This document shows positions 20,421 through 29,338 of a DNA stretch of 64,000 bases, in pieces. Every line of letters begins with the position of its first letter. The stretch's first letter is position 1. Below the pieces are notes generated by a model. The model did not search any database, was not told the origin of the DNA, and saw only the letters and a list, made by a program, of their open reading frames with translations. The stretch lies in the IMG/VR virus record IMGVR_UViG_3300031994_000010, positions 96,001 to 160,000 of that record; one strand, written 5' to 3'. The position numbers and the translations under genes were made by a program. This DNA comes from a virus (lineage: Duplodnaviria > Caudoviricetes).

Positions 20421-20881
20421 ATATCAAAATTTTGATTCATCAGACCTGCTGAAAAGGTAAAAGGACGGGCTAATTCAGCCCGGCCTTATATATAATATAC
20501 TACTTAATATACTACTCTCTACCATTAAATAGGGTGTGTAGTAACGTAGTTATTTTATATATAATAACAACAACTGCCTCAGTAACAGTAAATTTAATAG
20601 AAATTTCGACATAAAACAAATAAAATTTCTATCAGTAAACTATCTGACTGTTATCGAACACAATTTTATAAATTTTTTTCGAGACTACCAAATTAAAAAA
20701 TTTTGAAGCTAATTGGTCAATTTTTTCAAAAATACAAAAAGAGAGTTTAATCCAGGTAGTTTGTTAGCCCTATCCCTTCATAAACTCTCTCCCATGTCCT
20801 TTTAGTAAAAGAACTAAAAACCCGCAGATTTTCATGTTGTAAATCCACGGCAAAAAGTCACTAACAATTTAATAAAAATAA

Positions 20882-21091
20882 TTAATTGGTGCAAATAACA
20901 GACACCACCTTTGTAGTTCCGTTTACTGCACCAATCATTCTATCATCAGCTTTATATTGCCATTCTACGTCTCGAATCCCAAAATGGCCCAAAGCATTAA
21001 CAACTTCCTGTCCCTTTTGAACAGGTTCTTCTATTCCACCACACTGATATACACCAGTACTAGTGTCAACAATTTGTACAAATACTTTCAT
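20882..21091 (-). CDS. hypothetical protein
   Basis: 69 aa ORF between tRNAs. Confidence 0.55.
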   Translation of the reverse strand: MKVFVQIVDTSTGVYQCGGIEEPVQKGQEVVNALGHFGIRDVEWQYKADDRMIGAVNGTTKVVSVICTN

Positions 21092-21179
21092 AACTATTCG
21101 TAATAGTACTCATATTTAGATACTATGTTATATCTAATGAGTAATTTAATAAAAAAGAATTTAATTTTATACATAATAG

Positions 21180-21251
21180 AGCTTCATACCGGGCTCGAAC
21201 CGATATCTTTACATTACAAGTGTAATATTCTACCAATTAAACTAATGAAGC
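21180..21251 (-). tRNA. tRNA-Thr(UGU)
   Basis: TTACA-CTTGTAA-TGTAA anticodon arm, GTTCGAG T-loop. Confidence 0.85.
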
Positions 21252-21261
21252 AATTTTTAAG

Positions 21262-21334
21262 TGGGACAGGGTGGTTACGCTCCACCTCCTCTGGATTTTC
21301 AGTCCAGCGCTTCTACTAAGTTAGCTTCTCTCCC
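21262..21334 (-). tRNA. tRNA-Phe(GAA), non-canonical T-loop
   Basis: CTGGA-CTGAAAA-TCCAG; T-loop AGCGTAA. Confidence 0.8.
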
Positions 21335-21414
21335 TAAAATGAAGTACCCATGCTTCAAACAAACTACCCTAGAAATAGTTCTAACACAAATACTCCATAA
21401 CCTTGCCAGGTTGG

Positions 21415-21487
21415 GCTGGAATGGAGAATTACGATATCTCGACCGACGGCTTAACGGGCCGTTGCTCTGCCTCTGAGCTACATTCCA
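21415..21487 (-). tRNA. tRNA-Asn(GUU)
   Basis: ACGGC-CCGTTAA-GCCGT (C33); D-arm GCTCAGAGGCAGAGC. Confidence 0.75.
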
Positions 21488-21723
21488 ATAATTACATTCC
21501 ACTATCCTGTTACAAGGAGCGTCTTTACCTCTCACTCTTTAATTATCGACTTGCCTACAGTAACTTCTCCAACTTTTTAAAGGTTGGCGTTTCCTTCCTT
21601 ATATTCGTTTAATAATCTATTTTTTAATTGCCATTTATCTCTTAAATCAGAATCCCAATCAAACCATTCTGTCCATTGGATTCCATCTTTTGTCCAAAAT
21701 TGATAACGTTTCTGTACCATAAG

Positions 21724-22325
21724 TACCCCAAGCAGGACTCGAACCTGCGACCCATTGCTTAGCTTACCACACTATGTTACCATAGCCAAACAATTAAAGG
21801 AACTTTCGTGGAATTTGTATATTTATACTATATGTTCCTCTCACTTCATACATATTACTATGCACCTTCTTCGAGTTGTTTGTTGTAGTCTGGAATACAT
21901 TATTACCCTATCGAAATTCTTGCAAGTAATAACTTTTCCGTTAAAACGAGCTTTATCTGCCCTAGGAATCATTATAATTTCAACTTAGGTATCTCCTCTA
22001 TATTCTCTACACATTTATGATACTTACATATTGATTTTTACACGATAACTCCGAGTTAATTCTCAATTAAGTATGCACATAGGTTTGCAAGCTATCCACA
22101 TACGTTATAGTCAATAAAATATCAATAGTTTTCTCAATTTAGCACGGTATTATCCTTACACATTATTGGTTAGTGTTCTGTCCCTACGGTGCTGCTATAA
22201 CAGATTTCGTGTTGCAGGGTTGAGGAAAGGACTTCCACCGTTTTAGGGAGATTCTAACAAGGACTTTCGTGCCTTGTCACTCCTTTTTTTAAGGCAATTG
22301 CTCTAATCCACTGAGCTATTGGGGC
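21724..22325 (-). tRNA. tRNA-Arg(UCU) split by group I intron
   Basis: 5' exon GCCCCAATAGCTCAGTGGATTAGAGCAATTGCCTT (22325-22291) + 3' exon CTAAGCAATGGGTCGCAGGTTCGAGTCCTGCTTGGGGTA (21762-21724); joined loop CTTCTAA. Confidence 0.85.
21763..22290 (-). ncRNA. group I intron in tRNA-Arg(UCU), 528 nt, inserted after U34
   Basis: exon ends in U, intron ends in G; P1 CUU/GAG; core-like AATACCGTGCTAA and TGTGTAGAGAATATA; terminal TATG-GTAA-CATA hairpin. Confidence 0.8.
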
Positions 22326-22519
22326 ATAAGATTATCAATCCCATTCTTCTTCTATAGGTTTAGAATACTTAGGACGGTTGCTACAATGACATTTATTGTT
22401 TTGTGGATCTGATGAAACTATCATTATCTTTTTATCAGAATCTATCTTAATTACTACTGTTTCAGGCTTTACATACTTCTTTTTCTTCTTTTCCATATCG
22501 TTTAGTTTTAAAGATTAAG

Positions 22520-22594
22520 TGGACCCCCTCAGGCATGATCTGAGACTCTCGCAGCTTATGAGGCTGGTGTTTTAACCAATTAAACTAGAGGTCC
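22520..22594 (-). tRNA. tRNA with CAU anticodon (Met or Ile2)
   Basis: CAGC-CTCATAA-GCTG; acceptor GGACCTC/GGGGTCC; atypical T-loop. Confidence 0.75.
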
Positions 22595-22619
22595 TTATAG
22601 GAAGCAATTACGCTTCCAA

Positions 22620-23189
22620 TTATTGTTCGTCTGGAAATGCAGGATCTGAACTTCTTGCTTCTCCAGTCTTAGTGTCTATCCAAATTTGTTCTTCAACATT
22701 ACCAAACACCCATTGAGCGTTACAATCCAGTGGTCCTATAGGCAATCTCAAACAAACATGGCGAGAATGTGGTTTAGGAAGATTAACTTGAGATATTAAT
22801 TCACAAGCTTTGGTATAAGAGATTTTTAAGTCATTATAATTCAAAGGATGATCCTCAATCCAAAAACCGTGAATAGAATCTGTAGTAACAGTTCCATCAG
22901 AGAAATGTTGAGTTTTATAAACATAAACATCACCATCATTAACAACTTGATAGATATTTACAAGTTCAGCAACTTTCATGTCTGAGTCGGAATCAAGATA
23001 ATCTTCTAACAGAATAAGACTCTCATACCAACGGAAATCTTTATCTCCATATTTAGCAGTCATAGAATCTAAATCTGCTTTAATTGTCTTATCCACTGTG
23101 GTGGTAACTTGTGGAACAGGCTCTACTTTTTTATGCTGACAAGCAGCTAGCATAAGAATTAGCGAAAATAAAAATAGAAATTTCTTCAT
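22620..23189 (-). CDS. lipoprotein
   Basis: MKKFLFLFSLILMLAAC lipobox. Confidence 0.75.
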   Translation of the reverse strand: MKKFLFLFSLILMLAACQHKKVEPVPQVTTTVDKTIKADLDSMTAKYGDKDFRWYESLILLEDYLDSDSDMKVAELVNIYQVVNDGDVYVYKTQHFSDGTVTTDSIHGFWIEDHPLNYNDLKISYTKACELISQVNLPKPHSRHVCLRLPIGPLDCNAQWVFGNVEEQIWIDTKTGEARSSDPAFPDEQ

Positions 23190-23476
23190 TTTGATTAGTT
23201 TAAAGTTAATAAAGTATCACCTCTCCACAGCTGACTTTGGTAAAATCCAAGGCTGGAGAGGTGATATAGTTAAGAGTAAGAAATAACGATGTAGTCAAAG
23301 ACTATGACTAAAGCAAAGACCAGTCCATTCATCAAAGACGAAGGCCTATAAATTTTAAGCGAATGGACTGCCGGGGGTTAATAACCATGCTTTAAGATTT
23401 ATATAATGTTATTCCTTATTCTTATAAAGTTGAAGAATATTGTTACCTATGTAATCTCAGTCTTCAACACCTAAAA

Positions 23477-24355
23477 TTAATTATTGTTACCTAAAGAGTT
23501 TAGGTGTTCGTACAGAGGTTGGAATTTTTCAGGAATCACAATCTTTAATGCAGAAATCCGCTGATTTTCTTGAGTTTTATATATTTTAAATTGTGTTGTG
23601 ATATTATCAAGTTCTGTAGTGTACTTATTAAAAGCATCCTCATAAGCTTGTTGTAACTGAATATTTCTTTTATTAACCTCTTCCTTAAGTTTAAATTTAA
23701 TTGAATTTAGTTGCTTTTCATACTCCCTATGGAGTTTTTGCAAATCAGTAAATACCTTTTCAACCTCGCTAGGTTGAACTGAACACGTAGAAGTATAGAT
23801 AATTAAATCCCTCCCACTGCCAACAACTTGAGTTGGATTAGCCAAATCCTCATACATCTTCTTTCTAGAACTAGATAGATTAGATGTAGACTGAGGATGA
23901 ATAACCTGTCCTATTGTAGAAGCCAATGCTTCTAGTCTCAAATAGTTTTGACGTTCTTTTATATTAAGGAAACCCAATACATCCTCTTCAGTAATTTCTT
24001 CAGGTCGAACAGGTCTTTTCGGATAAGTAATGCCTTTAAGCTCACAAAACTCATCAATGGACAAATTACTGTTTTTGACGAGAAGAGCCTCTTTATCAGC
24101 AATAGCTTCTCTTAACCATGCACAGAACGCATTTAATTCTCCTATACGAATTACAGATTCACGTATAAAGTCCAGATTAGATAATCCAACTTTAAAACGT
24201 TTCTTTTCCCCATTAATAAGTTCTACATCTACATTAGTTAATTGTAGATTCTTAAGCTTTTGGGTATCAGCTTCCCGTTGTTCCTTAGCTAAGTTTGCTA
24301 GGAAATTGGCCGAAGTACTAGTTATTCCTTGGCCATCAGTTAAAAATACACTCAT
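23477..24355 (-). CDS. coiled-coil hypothetical protein
   Basis: 292 aa ORF, GITSTSANFLANLAKE N-terminus. Confidence 0.75.
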   Translation of the reverse strand: MSVFLTDGQGITSTSANFLANLAKEQREADTQKLKNLQLTNVDVELINGEKKRFKVGLSNLDFIRESVIRIGELNAFCAWLREAIADKEALLVKNSNLSIDEFCELKGITYPKRPVRPEEITEEDVLGFLNIKERQNYLRLEALASTIGQVIHPQSTSNLSSSRKKMYEDLANPTQVVGSGRDLIIYTSTCSVQPSEVEKVFTDLQKLHREYEKQLNSIKFKLKEEVNKRNIQLQQAYEDAFNKYTTELDNITTQFKIYKTQENQRISALKIVIPEKFQPLYEHLNSLGNNN

Positions 24356-24825
24356 AAAATTAAATTAATTAACACTATATTCTAATAAAAAAGCTGTTAT
24401 CATAAACCAACTACTAAGAATGGTTAAGATAATAATTATACTAACTAATATCTTTTTTAACATAATAGCGAGCTTTTATTGTATCTAACAGAGAATCTTT
24501 ACTAATTTGAAAACGTCTACAAATATCAGCTAAAGAACATTCTATGTTCTTATAAAGATCTTCGTTCATATGGAATAAACATATTATCTTTACTACTGCA
24601 AGTAAAACGTTTTACCAACTTGTCTGTTTTAGGGTAGTTACGCACATATCGTGCGCACTTTTCACGCTTAACACATGAATGATTGTTACATAAAGTGTTC
24701 ATCTTAAAATAATACTAGCTAAAATACTTACTAATAGAAAATACGTAGCAATAAACCAGGGGACAAGTGCTTTTACAACACTTTTTACAATTTCTTTTTG
24801 CATAATTAATTAATTTTTAAGTTAG

Positions 24826-24898
24826 TCGAGGTGACCCGACTCGGACGGGCGACCACAGCATCCCAAATGCCGCATTCTACCAACTGAACTACACCTCG
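24826..24898 (-). tRNA. tRNA-Pro(UGG)
   Basis: CGGCA-TTTGGGA-TGCTG; C1-G72. Confidence 0.85.
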
Positions 24899-24903
24899 TG
24901 TTG

Positions 24904-24975
24904 AGCGTTGTAAGAGATTCGAACTCTCTCCTTGGCCTTGGAAGGGCTATATGCTACCATTAACACCAACAACGC
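24904..24975 (-). tRNA. tRNA-Gly(UCC)
   Basis: loop CTTCCAA, GTTCGAA T-loop, U73. Confidence 0.85.
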
Positions 24976-25076
24976 AAAAAATACTGGCTTCGAGCGGTTT
25001 TATCTCTACTTTATATTACTCACATATTCCTAAAAGGCCCAGTTATTGTAATATCCCGGTATCAAGCTTCAGTATT

Positions 25077-25150
25077 TGGTTCGGGGACCTAGAATCGAAC
25101 TAGGAGCAATAGCTTATGAGACTATTATGTTACCCTTACACTATCCCCGT
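25077..25150 (-). tRNA. tRNA-Met(CAU), initiator-like 1:72 mismatch, encoded CCA
   Basis: ATAGT-CTCATAA-GCTAT; ends ...CCCCGAACCA. Confidence 0.8.
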
Positions 25151-25151
25151 G

Positions 25152-25223
25152 TCACGCCGCCCAGAATCGAACTGGGATTCCAACATAGAAAGTGTTGTGT
25201 CCTAACCATTAGACGACGGCGCG
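25152..25223 (-). tRNA. tRNA-Glu(UUC)
   Basis: GTCTAATGGTTAGGAC D-arm; CAACA-CTTTCTA-TGTTG. Confidence 0.85.
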
Positions 25224-25369
25224 GTAAAAGATGGTCACTCTGTAATAACCATCTTTCTTTTTCAATTAGTTTTCTTCAGGATTGTCAGGAAAACTAATAA
25301 AAGACTTCTACTCACTTCCACCAGTAGAAGGTGGGCATATCGCTGACCTAGATATGCTAAGGACAGAAG

Positions 25370-25442
25370 TGGAGCTATCGAGACTCGAACTCGAAAAAAT
25401 AGCTTGCAAAGCTACTATGATATCCAATTTCATCATAACCCC
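25370..25442 (-). tRNA. tRNA-Ala(UGC)
   Basis: G3.U70 pair; loop TTTGCAA. Confidence 0.85.
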
Positions 25443-25705
25443 AGTTTGCTAGGACTTCCTCTACCTAGCTTTGCAGATTTATATTAATAATATGACTTGC
25501 TTCAGTTTCTCTTTTCTTAGATACTCAAGGTACCACACAAGTCTTTTTACTAGAAATGTTTTAGAACTTCGGCTGCGGAAACTAACAGGAGTTCTTGCGG
25601 CTAGCGATATTAATAAAGGTTTACCTATACTAAAGCAATAGGTTGCTTCTGTGCCTATTCACAGCTCACAGGTTCTGCTTAACCTTACCCGAAAAGGATT
25701 ATAGA

Positions 25706-25775
25706 CAGCCATACTGGAGTCGAACCAGTTTAAGTGATTTTGCAGACCACTACATAGCCGTTCTGACAATGGCTG
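25706..25775 (-). tRNA. tRNA-Cys(GCA)
   Basis: GTGGT-CTGCAAA-ATCAC; U73. Confidence 0.8.
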
Positions 25776-25777
25776 TG

Positions 25778-25849
25778 TACGCCTACTAGGTGCCGCCCCT
25801 AGGACCCCAATCTTAAAAGGATTGTGCTCTACTGCTGAGCTATAGGCGT
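25778..25849 (-). tRNA. tRNA-Lys(UUU), non-canonical T-loop
   Basis: CAATC-CTTTTAA-GATTG; T-loop GGCGGCA. Confidence 0.8.
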
Positions 25850-25858
25850 GAAAGATGT

Positions 25859-26866
25859 TTAATGAACATCTATAATAACAATTCTCTGAGATTCATCAGA
25901 GACAGCTCCATATCCTCTTAAAGAGTTAACTTTAACTCCACGCATTCTAAGATACATAGCTGTGTTAATAGCACGTCTTTCAGATAAGTCATTATTGAAC
26001 TCTGGACTTCCTTCTGGAGAAGCAAATCCATAAACATCAACATTGACCTCTGACGGAATGTTGTTTAGAATATTCTTAGCATCATTAGTAAGAACATCGC
26101 TTCCCTTAGCAAATGTTATAACATAAGGATTTATAATAGGAGTATTAACATACTCAGTAATAACTCTAGCAGGTTTGTTTGCTTCTGCTCTAAGTTTATT
26201 AATCCTATCATTATAATCGCCTATATTATGCATTATAAAGTTCTTATGACTAACTCCAAAGTGATAAACATAAGAGATGTTTATACCAAGATATGCATGT
26301 GTCCTATTAAAATGAACTGCATCTCCTTTATTAGTAAGATTCCAATAAACTGCTGGACTTATAACAAATGAATGTGTTCTATCCCAAGAGTTAAATTGAA
26401 AATCTAAACCAGTCTTAGAAGTTAGTTCATCATTATCACCATGTCCTATTCCCCAGATATGAGCCCAACCAATACCAGTATTAGTTTTTAATTCAAAAGG
26501 TCTAACGTCATATCCACAAATAGCATTAGTTAAATTAATAGTACCACTAACAGTAGTATTGATACCTTTAAAAGCGGTCTTACTTCCAAGAGTATTAATA
26601 TAGCCATCGTGATGTCCACTAATATGGTCATTTAATGATACTATACTTTCTATTTCAACACCATAAACAGGAGTAATTTCTTTACCCGCCTTTAAACCAA
26701 CTACCTCATTAACAGGAAACATTTGATTGAAACTAAGTGGAGTATTAACACCACCAGTAATTCCAATGTACATATTGTCAAAGAACTTTGTATTCTCAGT
26801 TGCTACCTGAGCTGACAGGGACAATGTTAGCAACATTCCACATAAAAAACAAAGAAGTTTTTTCAT
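25859..26866 (-). CDS. OmpA-family outer membrane protein (Bacteroidales type)
   Basis: signal peptide MKKLLCFL...SLSA, beta-barrel-like N-domain, C-terminal GFASPEG...NNDLSERRA. Confidence 0.85.
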   Translation of the reverse strand: MKKLLCFLCGMLLTLSLSAQVATENTKFFDNMYIGITGGVNTPLSFNQMFPVNEVVGLKAGKEITPVYGVEIESIVSLNDHISGHHDGYINTLGSKTAFKGINTTVSGTINLTNAICGYDVRPFELKTNTGIGWAHIWGIGHGDNDELTSKTGLDFQFNSWDRTHSFVISPAVYWNLTNKGDAVHFNRTHAYLGINISYVYHFGVSHKNFIMHNIGDYNDRINKLRAEANKPARVITEYVNTPIINPYVITFAKGSDVLTNDAKNILNNIPSEVNVDVYGFASPEGSPEFNNDLSERRAINTAMYLRMRGVKVNSLRGYGAVSDESQRIVIIDVH

Positions 26867-26889
26867 TTTAAGATTTTTTAAATTTAACA

Positions 26890-27117
26890 TTATTTTCGCA
26901 TAAATTTCTTATCTAATTTATTGTTCCAATCGGCCAATCCATCGGAACTAAAACTCCAAGTGTTAGAACACTCCTTTAATCTGTGCAAGGGTTCTTTACC
27001 TATCTTAATAAATATTCGAGAGAGCCTACGAAACAATCTATTAGCTAACCTTTTATCCTTTTTATTGGATTTACAGGTCCATGTAATACATGGGTGCTTT
27101 TTGTAACTTCTACTCAT
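26890..27117 (-). CDS. small basic hypothetical protein (MSRSYKKHP...)
   Basis: start trimmed to ATG 27117 because the longer ORF overlaps tRNA-Gln. Confidence 0.6.
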   Translation of the reverse strand: MSRSYKKHPCITWTCKSNKKDKRLANRLFRRLSRIFIKIGKEPLHRLKECSNTWSFSSDGLADWNNKLDKKFMRK

Positions 27118-27132
27118 AATATTAAGGGTTAG

Positions 27133-27205
27133 TTGGGATGGGCAGAGTCGGACTGCCATTACCAGAGTCAAAGTCTGGTGTAATAAACCGTTATACCACA
27201 TCCCA
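27133..27205 (-). tRNA. tRNA-Gln(UUG)
   Basis: U1-A72; CCAGA-CTTTGAC-TCTGG. Confidence 0.85.
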
Positions 27206-27318
27206 AAATGCCACTTTTTGTAAGGAAAGTAGCTAAACCTAGTTCTGTTCTTTAACTCCCGAACTAAGGAGCACAATATTAATAACTAAAAATCAAACAT
27301 CCAAATTTTTAACAGAAA

Positions 27319-28023
27319 TTAACTATCATAATACTCTTTAATAACTTCCATAAGTAATTCTTGAATATCCTCTGGAAAATTATCAATAAAGTACTTCTTA
27401 TCTTTAGTTGTCAACATTTCTCTTAATTCAGAGTCAGTTGTTAACTTCTGAATTAAATCAGCTGCTTCTTCACAATCATTTTTAAGAATCTTGTTTTCTT
27501 CTTCAAGATCGGAGATGGTCTGTTTATATTCAGAAGCTTTAGAACGAGCTATTTTTAAATCAGCTAAATATGAATCTGTTTTATTATGTTCTTTTAATTC
27601 AGTTATTGTAGATAACAAAGAAGTTTTTTCTGAGTTTACTTTATTTAAAGTATCTTGTAAAGAGTCAACTAATTGTTTTAAGTGCACTAATTGTGATTTA
27701 GCTTTATCTAATTGAGTTTGCATATTCAATTCGGGCTCACAATCCTCAATATAATACTTATGAATTAGTAAATCTCCAACCTTCTGATAGGAAGCATAAT
27801 AATAAAGATGTCTATTAATCTCTACACAAAACCCCTTATCATAGTCCAGCGAAAATACTTTAATACAAGATCCTCCTCGACTTTTACTAGGAGTATGATT
27901 AGCTATTCTAGCTAACAAATATTTATCTTTGAATAAATAAACTGATCCAGTAGCTGCTTCTTGAATTTCATAATTAACTTTCTGTTGGACATATTTAATT
28001 AGTTTGTGAACTTTCTCGTCCAT
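27319..28023 (-). CDS. coiled-coil hypothetical protein
   Basis: 234 aa ORF. Confidence 0.7.
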   Translation of the reverse strand: MDEKVHKLIKYVQQKVNYEIQEAATGSVYLFKDKYLLARIANHTPSKSRGGSCIKVFSLDYDKGFCVEINRHLYYYASYQKVGDLLIHKYYIEDCEPELNMQTQLDKAKSQLVHLKQLVDSLQDTLNKVNSEKTSLLSTITELKEHNKTDSYLADLKIARSKASEYKQTISDLEEENKILKNDCEEAADLIQKLTTDSELREMLTTKDKKYFIDNFPEDIQELLMEVIKEYYDS

Positions 28024-28243
28024 CCGATTCTAATTTGTTAGCAGTTTCTTTGATTTTTGCCATAGCTTTAGAATAGAAACTAATATTCCTAAGGAGTCTG
28101 CTTATAGGTTTACTCCCTGCATGTTTACCGTCAAGATGCAACCTCTGAGTTTGACAAATAATCATTTCATGTCTTTTATCTACTGGCTTATGATTCTGTT
28201 CGGGGTCTAAATAATTACCCCAAGGAGATGTTTTTGTCCACAT
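27995..28243 (-). CDS. hypothetical protein
   Basis: 82 aa ORF in operon. Confidence 0.55.
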   Translation of the reverse strand: MWTKTSPWGNYLDPEQNHKPVDKRHEMIICQTQRLHLDGKHAGSKPISRLLRNISFYSKAMAKIKETANKLESDGRESSQTN

Positions 28244-28246
28244 AGC

Positions 28247-28438
28247 TTACTTCTTCTTTTTAGTTGTAAACATTATTGCCCAATTACAGTAGTGTTCGAG
28301 ATAATCTAATTTTCCGCACATATGAATTGATAGCGGAGTTCCTACTGGGATACGAACTACCTGATGTAGATAGTCAATATCTGCTTGCCACTGAGTTTTT
28401 AACTGAGCAAGCACACTTCTTTCATCATGTTTTTTCAT
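28247..28438 (-). CDS. hypothetical protein
   Basis: 63 aa ORF in operon. Confidence 0.55.
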   Translation of the reverse strand: MKKHDERSVLAQLKTQWQADIDYLHQVVRIPVGTPLSIHMCGKLDYLEHYCNWAIMFTTKKKK

Positions 28439-28452
28439 TTTACAAAAGTGTT

Positions 28453-28668
28453 TTACATTTTACCAATTAATTTTGTTTTAAGATTTTTGATTTCACTAAG
28501 AAATCTAGAGCATTCTTCATCATAGGTACGACCCTTATGATGAATTTTTCTACCATTTCTAGTAGATTCCCAAGGAGCCTTATCTTTATTGGCTGCTTTA
28601 AACTGTTCGTAACTTTTCTCCAATCTTGCCAGAGCAGCTCTCTGACGAATAATCTTCTTCGTATTCAT
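28453..28668 (-). CDS. hypothetical basic protein
   Basis: 71 aa ORF. Confidence 0.6.
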   Translation of the reverse strand: MNTKKIIRQRAALARLEKSYEQFKAANKDKAPWESTRNGRKIHHKGRTYDEECSRFLSEIKNLKTKLIGKM

Positions 28669-28700
28669 TACTTAATTAATTAAAAAAATTAAACAAATAG

Positions 28701-28783
28701 TGCACCTAGTGAGACTCGAACTCACACTCCCGAAGGAACTAGCTCCTAAGGCTAGCGCGTGCTACCAATTTCGCCATAGGTGC
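28701..28783 (-). tRNA. tRNA-Leu(UAG)
   Basis: CTAGC-CTTAGGA-GCTAG, long variable arm TCC-TTCG-GGA. Confidence 0.85.
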
Positions 28784-28793
28784 TCCTAATTTT

Positions 28794-29090
28794 TTATGAG
28801 TGACTAAGACCATACCCAAGTTCAAAGAAATGTTTGGCAATATCTTCATTACTTGGAATAAATTGATAATCAATACCTTTACTTCTTGTGATTATTGGTT
28901 GGTTATTAAAATAATCTTTAATTTCTTTCTCTAAGTCCACCTCTTTTACTTCAAGGGTGTCGATGAAAGAAAGAATCTCTTTGCATTCCTTTTCTGCATA
29001 AGGTGCTGGTGCGAGCGCACGTTTAGACCCCCAAAATTCTTTCCTTCTCTCTATCTCCGCCACTACATCCGCTTTGTCAATCAATTCCAT
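28794..29090 (-). CDS. hypothetical protein (EVKEVDLEKE module)
   Basis: paralog of 31833..32294. Confidence 0.7.
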   Translation of the reverse strand: MELIDKADVVAEIERRKEFWGSKRALAPAPYAEKECKEILSFIDTLEVKEVDLEKEIKDYFNNQPIITRSKGIDYQFIPSNEDIAKHFFELGYGLSHS

Positions 29091-29325
29091 AATCGTTATA
29101 ATTTAAGTCATCATTTGTTATATCCATATCACATTTAAAAACCAACTCATAGTCTTGGTATCTCCAAACAAATTCCTCCCATGCCGCCTTTGCTTCATCT
29201 TTCCATGATTGGGGTACAGCGAGTTCACATAACGCCCTTTCCGCTTCATAATGCCTTTCGCAAGCATTAAGTAATTTTTCTTGAACTTTCTGCTTTATAG
29301 CGTCTTTGTCTATGTACTGTTTCAT
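29077..29325 (-). CDS. hypothetical protein
   Basis: 82 aa ORF. Confidence 0.6.
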   Translation of the reverse strand: MKQYIDKDAIKQKVQEKLLNACERHYEAERALCELAVPQSWKDEAKAAWEEFVWRYQDYELVFKCDMDITNDDLNYNDYGID

Positions 29326-29338
29326 AACTTATTCTCCT

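Noticed and set aside
21125-21612. Short ORFs over tRNA genes (also 25076..25297)
   Set aside because: Fully explained by the tRNA sequences
21763-22290. Homing endonuclease in the longer introns
   Set aside because: No sense-strand ORF of adequate size and no HNH, GIY-YIG or LAGLIDADG motif seen
21724-22325. Arg intron tRNA read as CUA suppressor (3' exon begins CTAA)
   Set aside because: Would need a 6-nt loop; P1 CUU/GAG gives the canonical 7-nt CUUCUAA loop (UCU)
25152-25223. CTA in the tRNA-Glu loop as a second amber suppressor
   Set aside because: In loop CTTTCTA the anticodon (34-36) is TTC; CTA is at 36-38, and the body is Glu-type
28701-28783. tRNA with TAG anticodon as suppressor
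   Set aside because: Anticodon UAG reads CUA leucine codons; long variable arm is Leu-type
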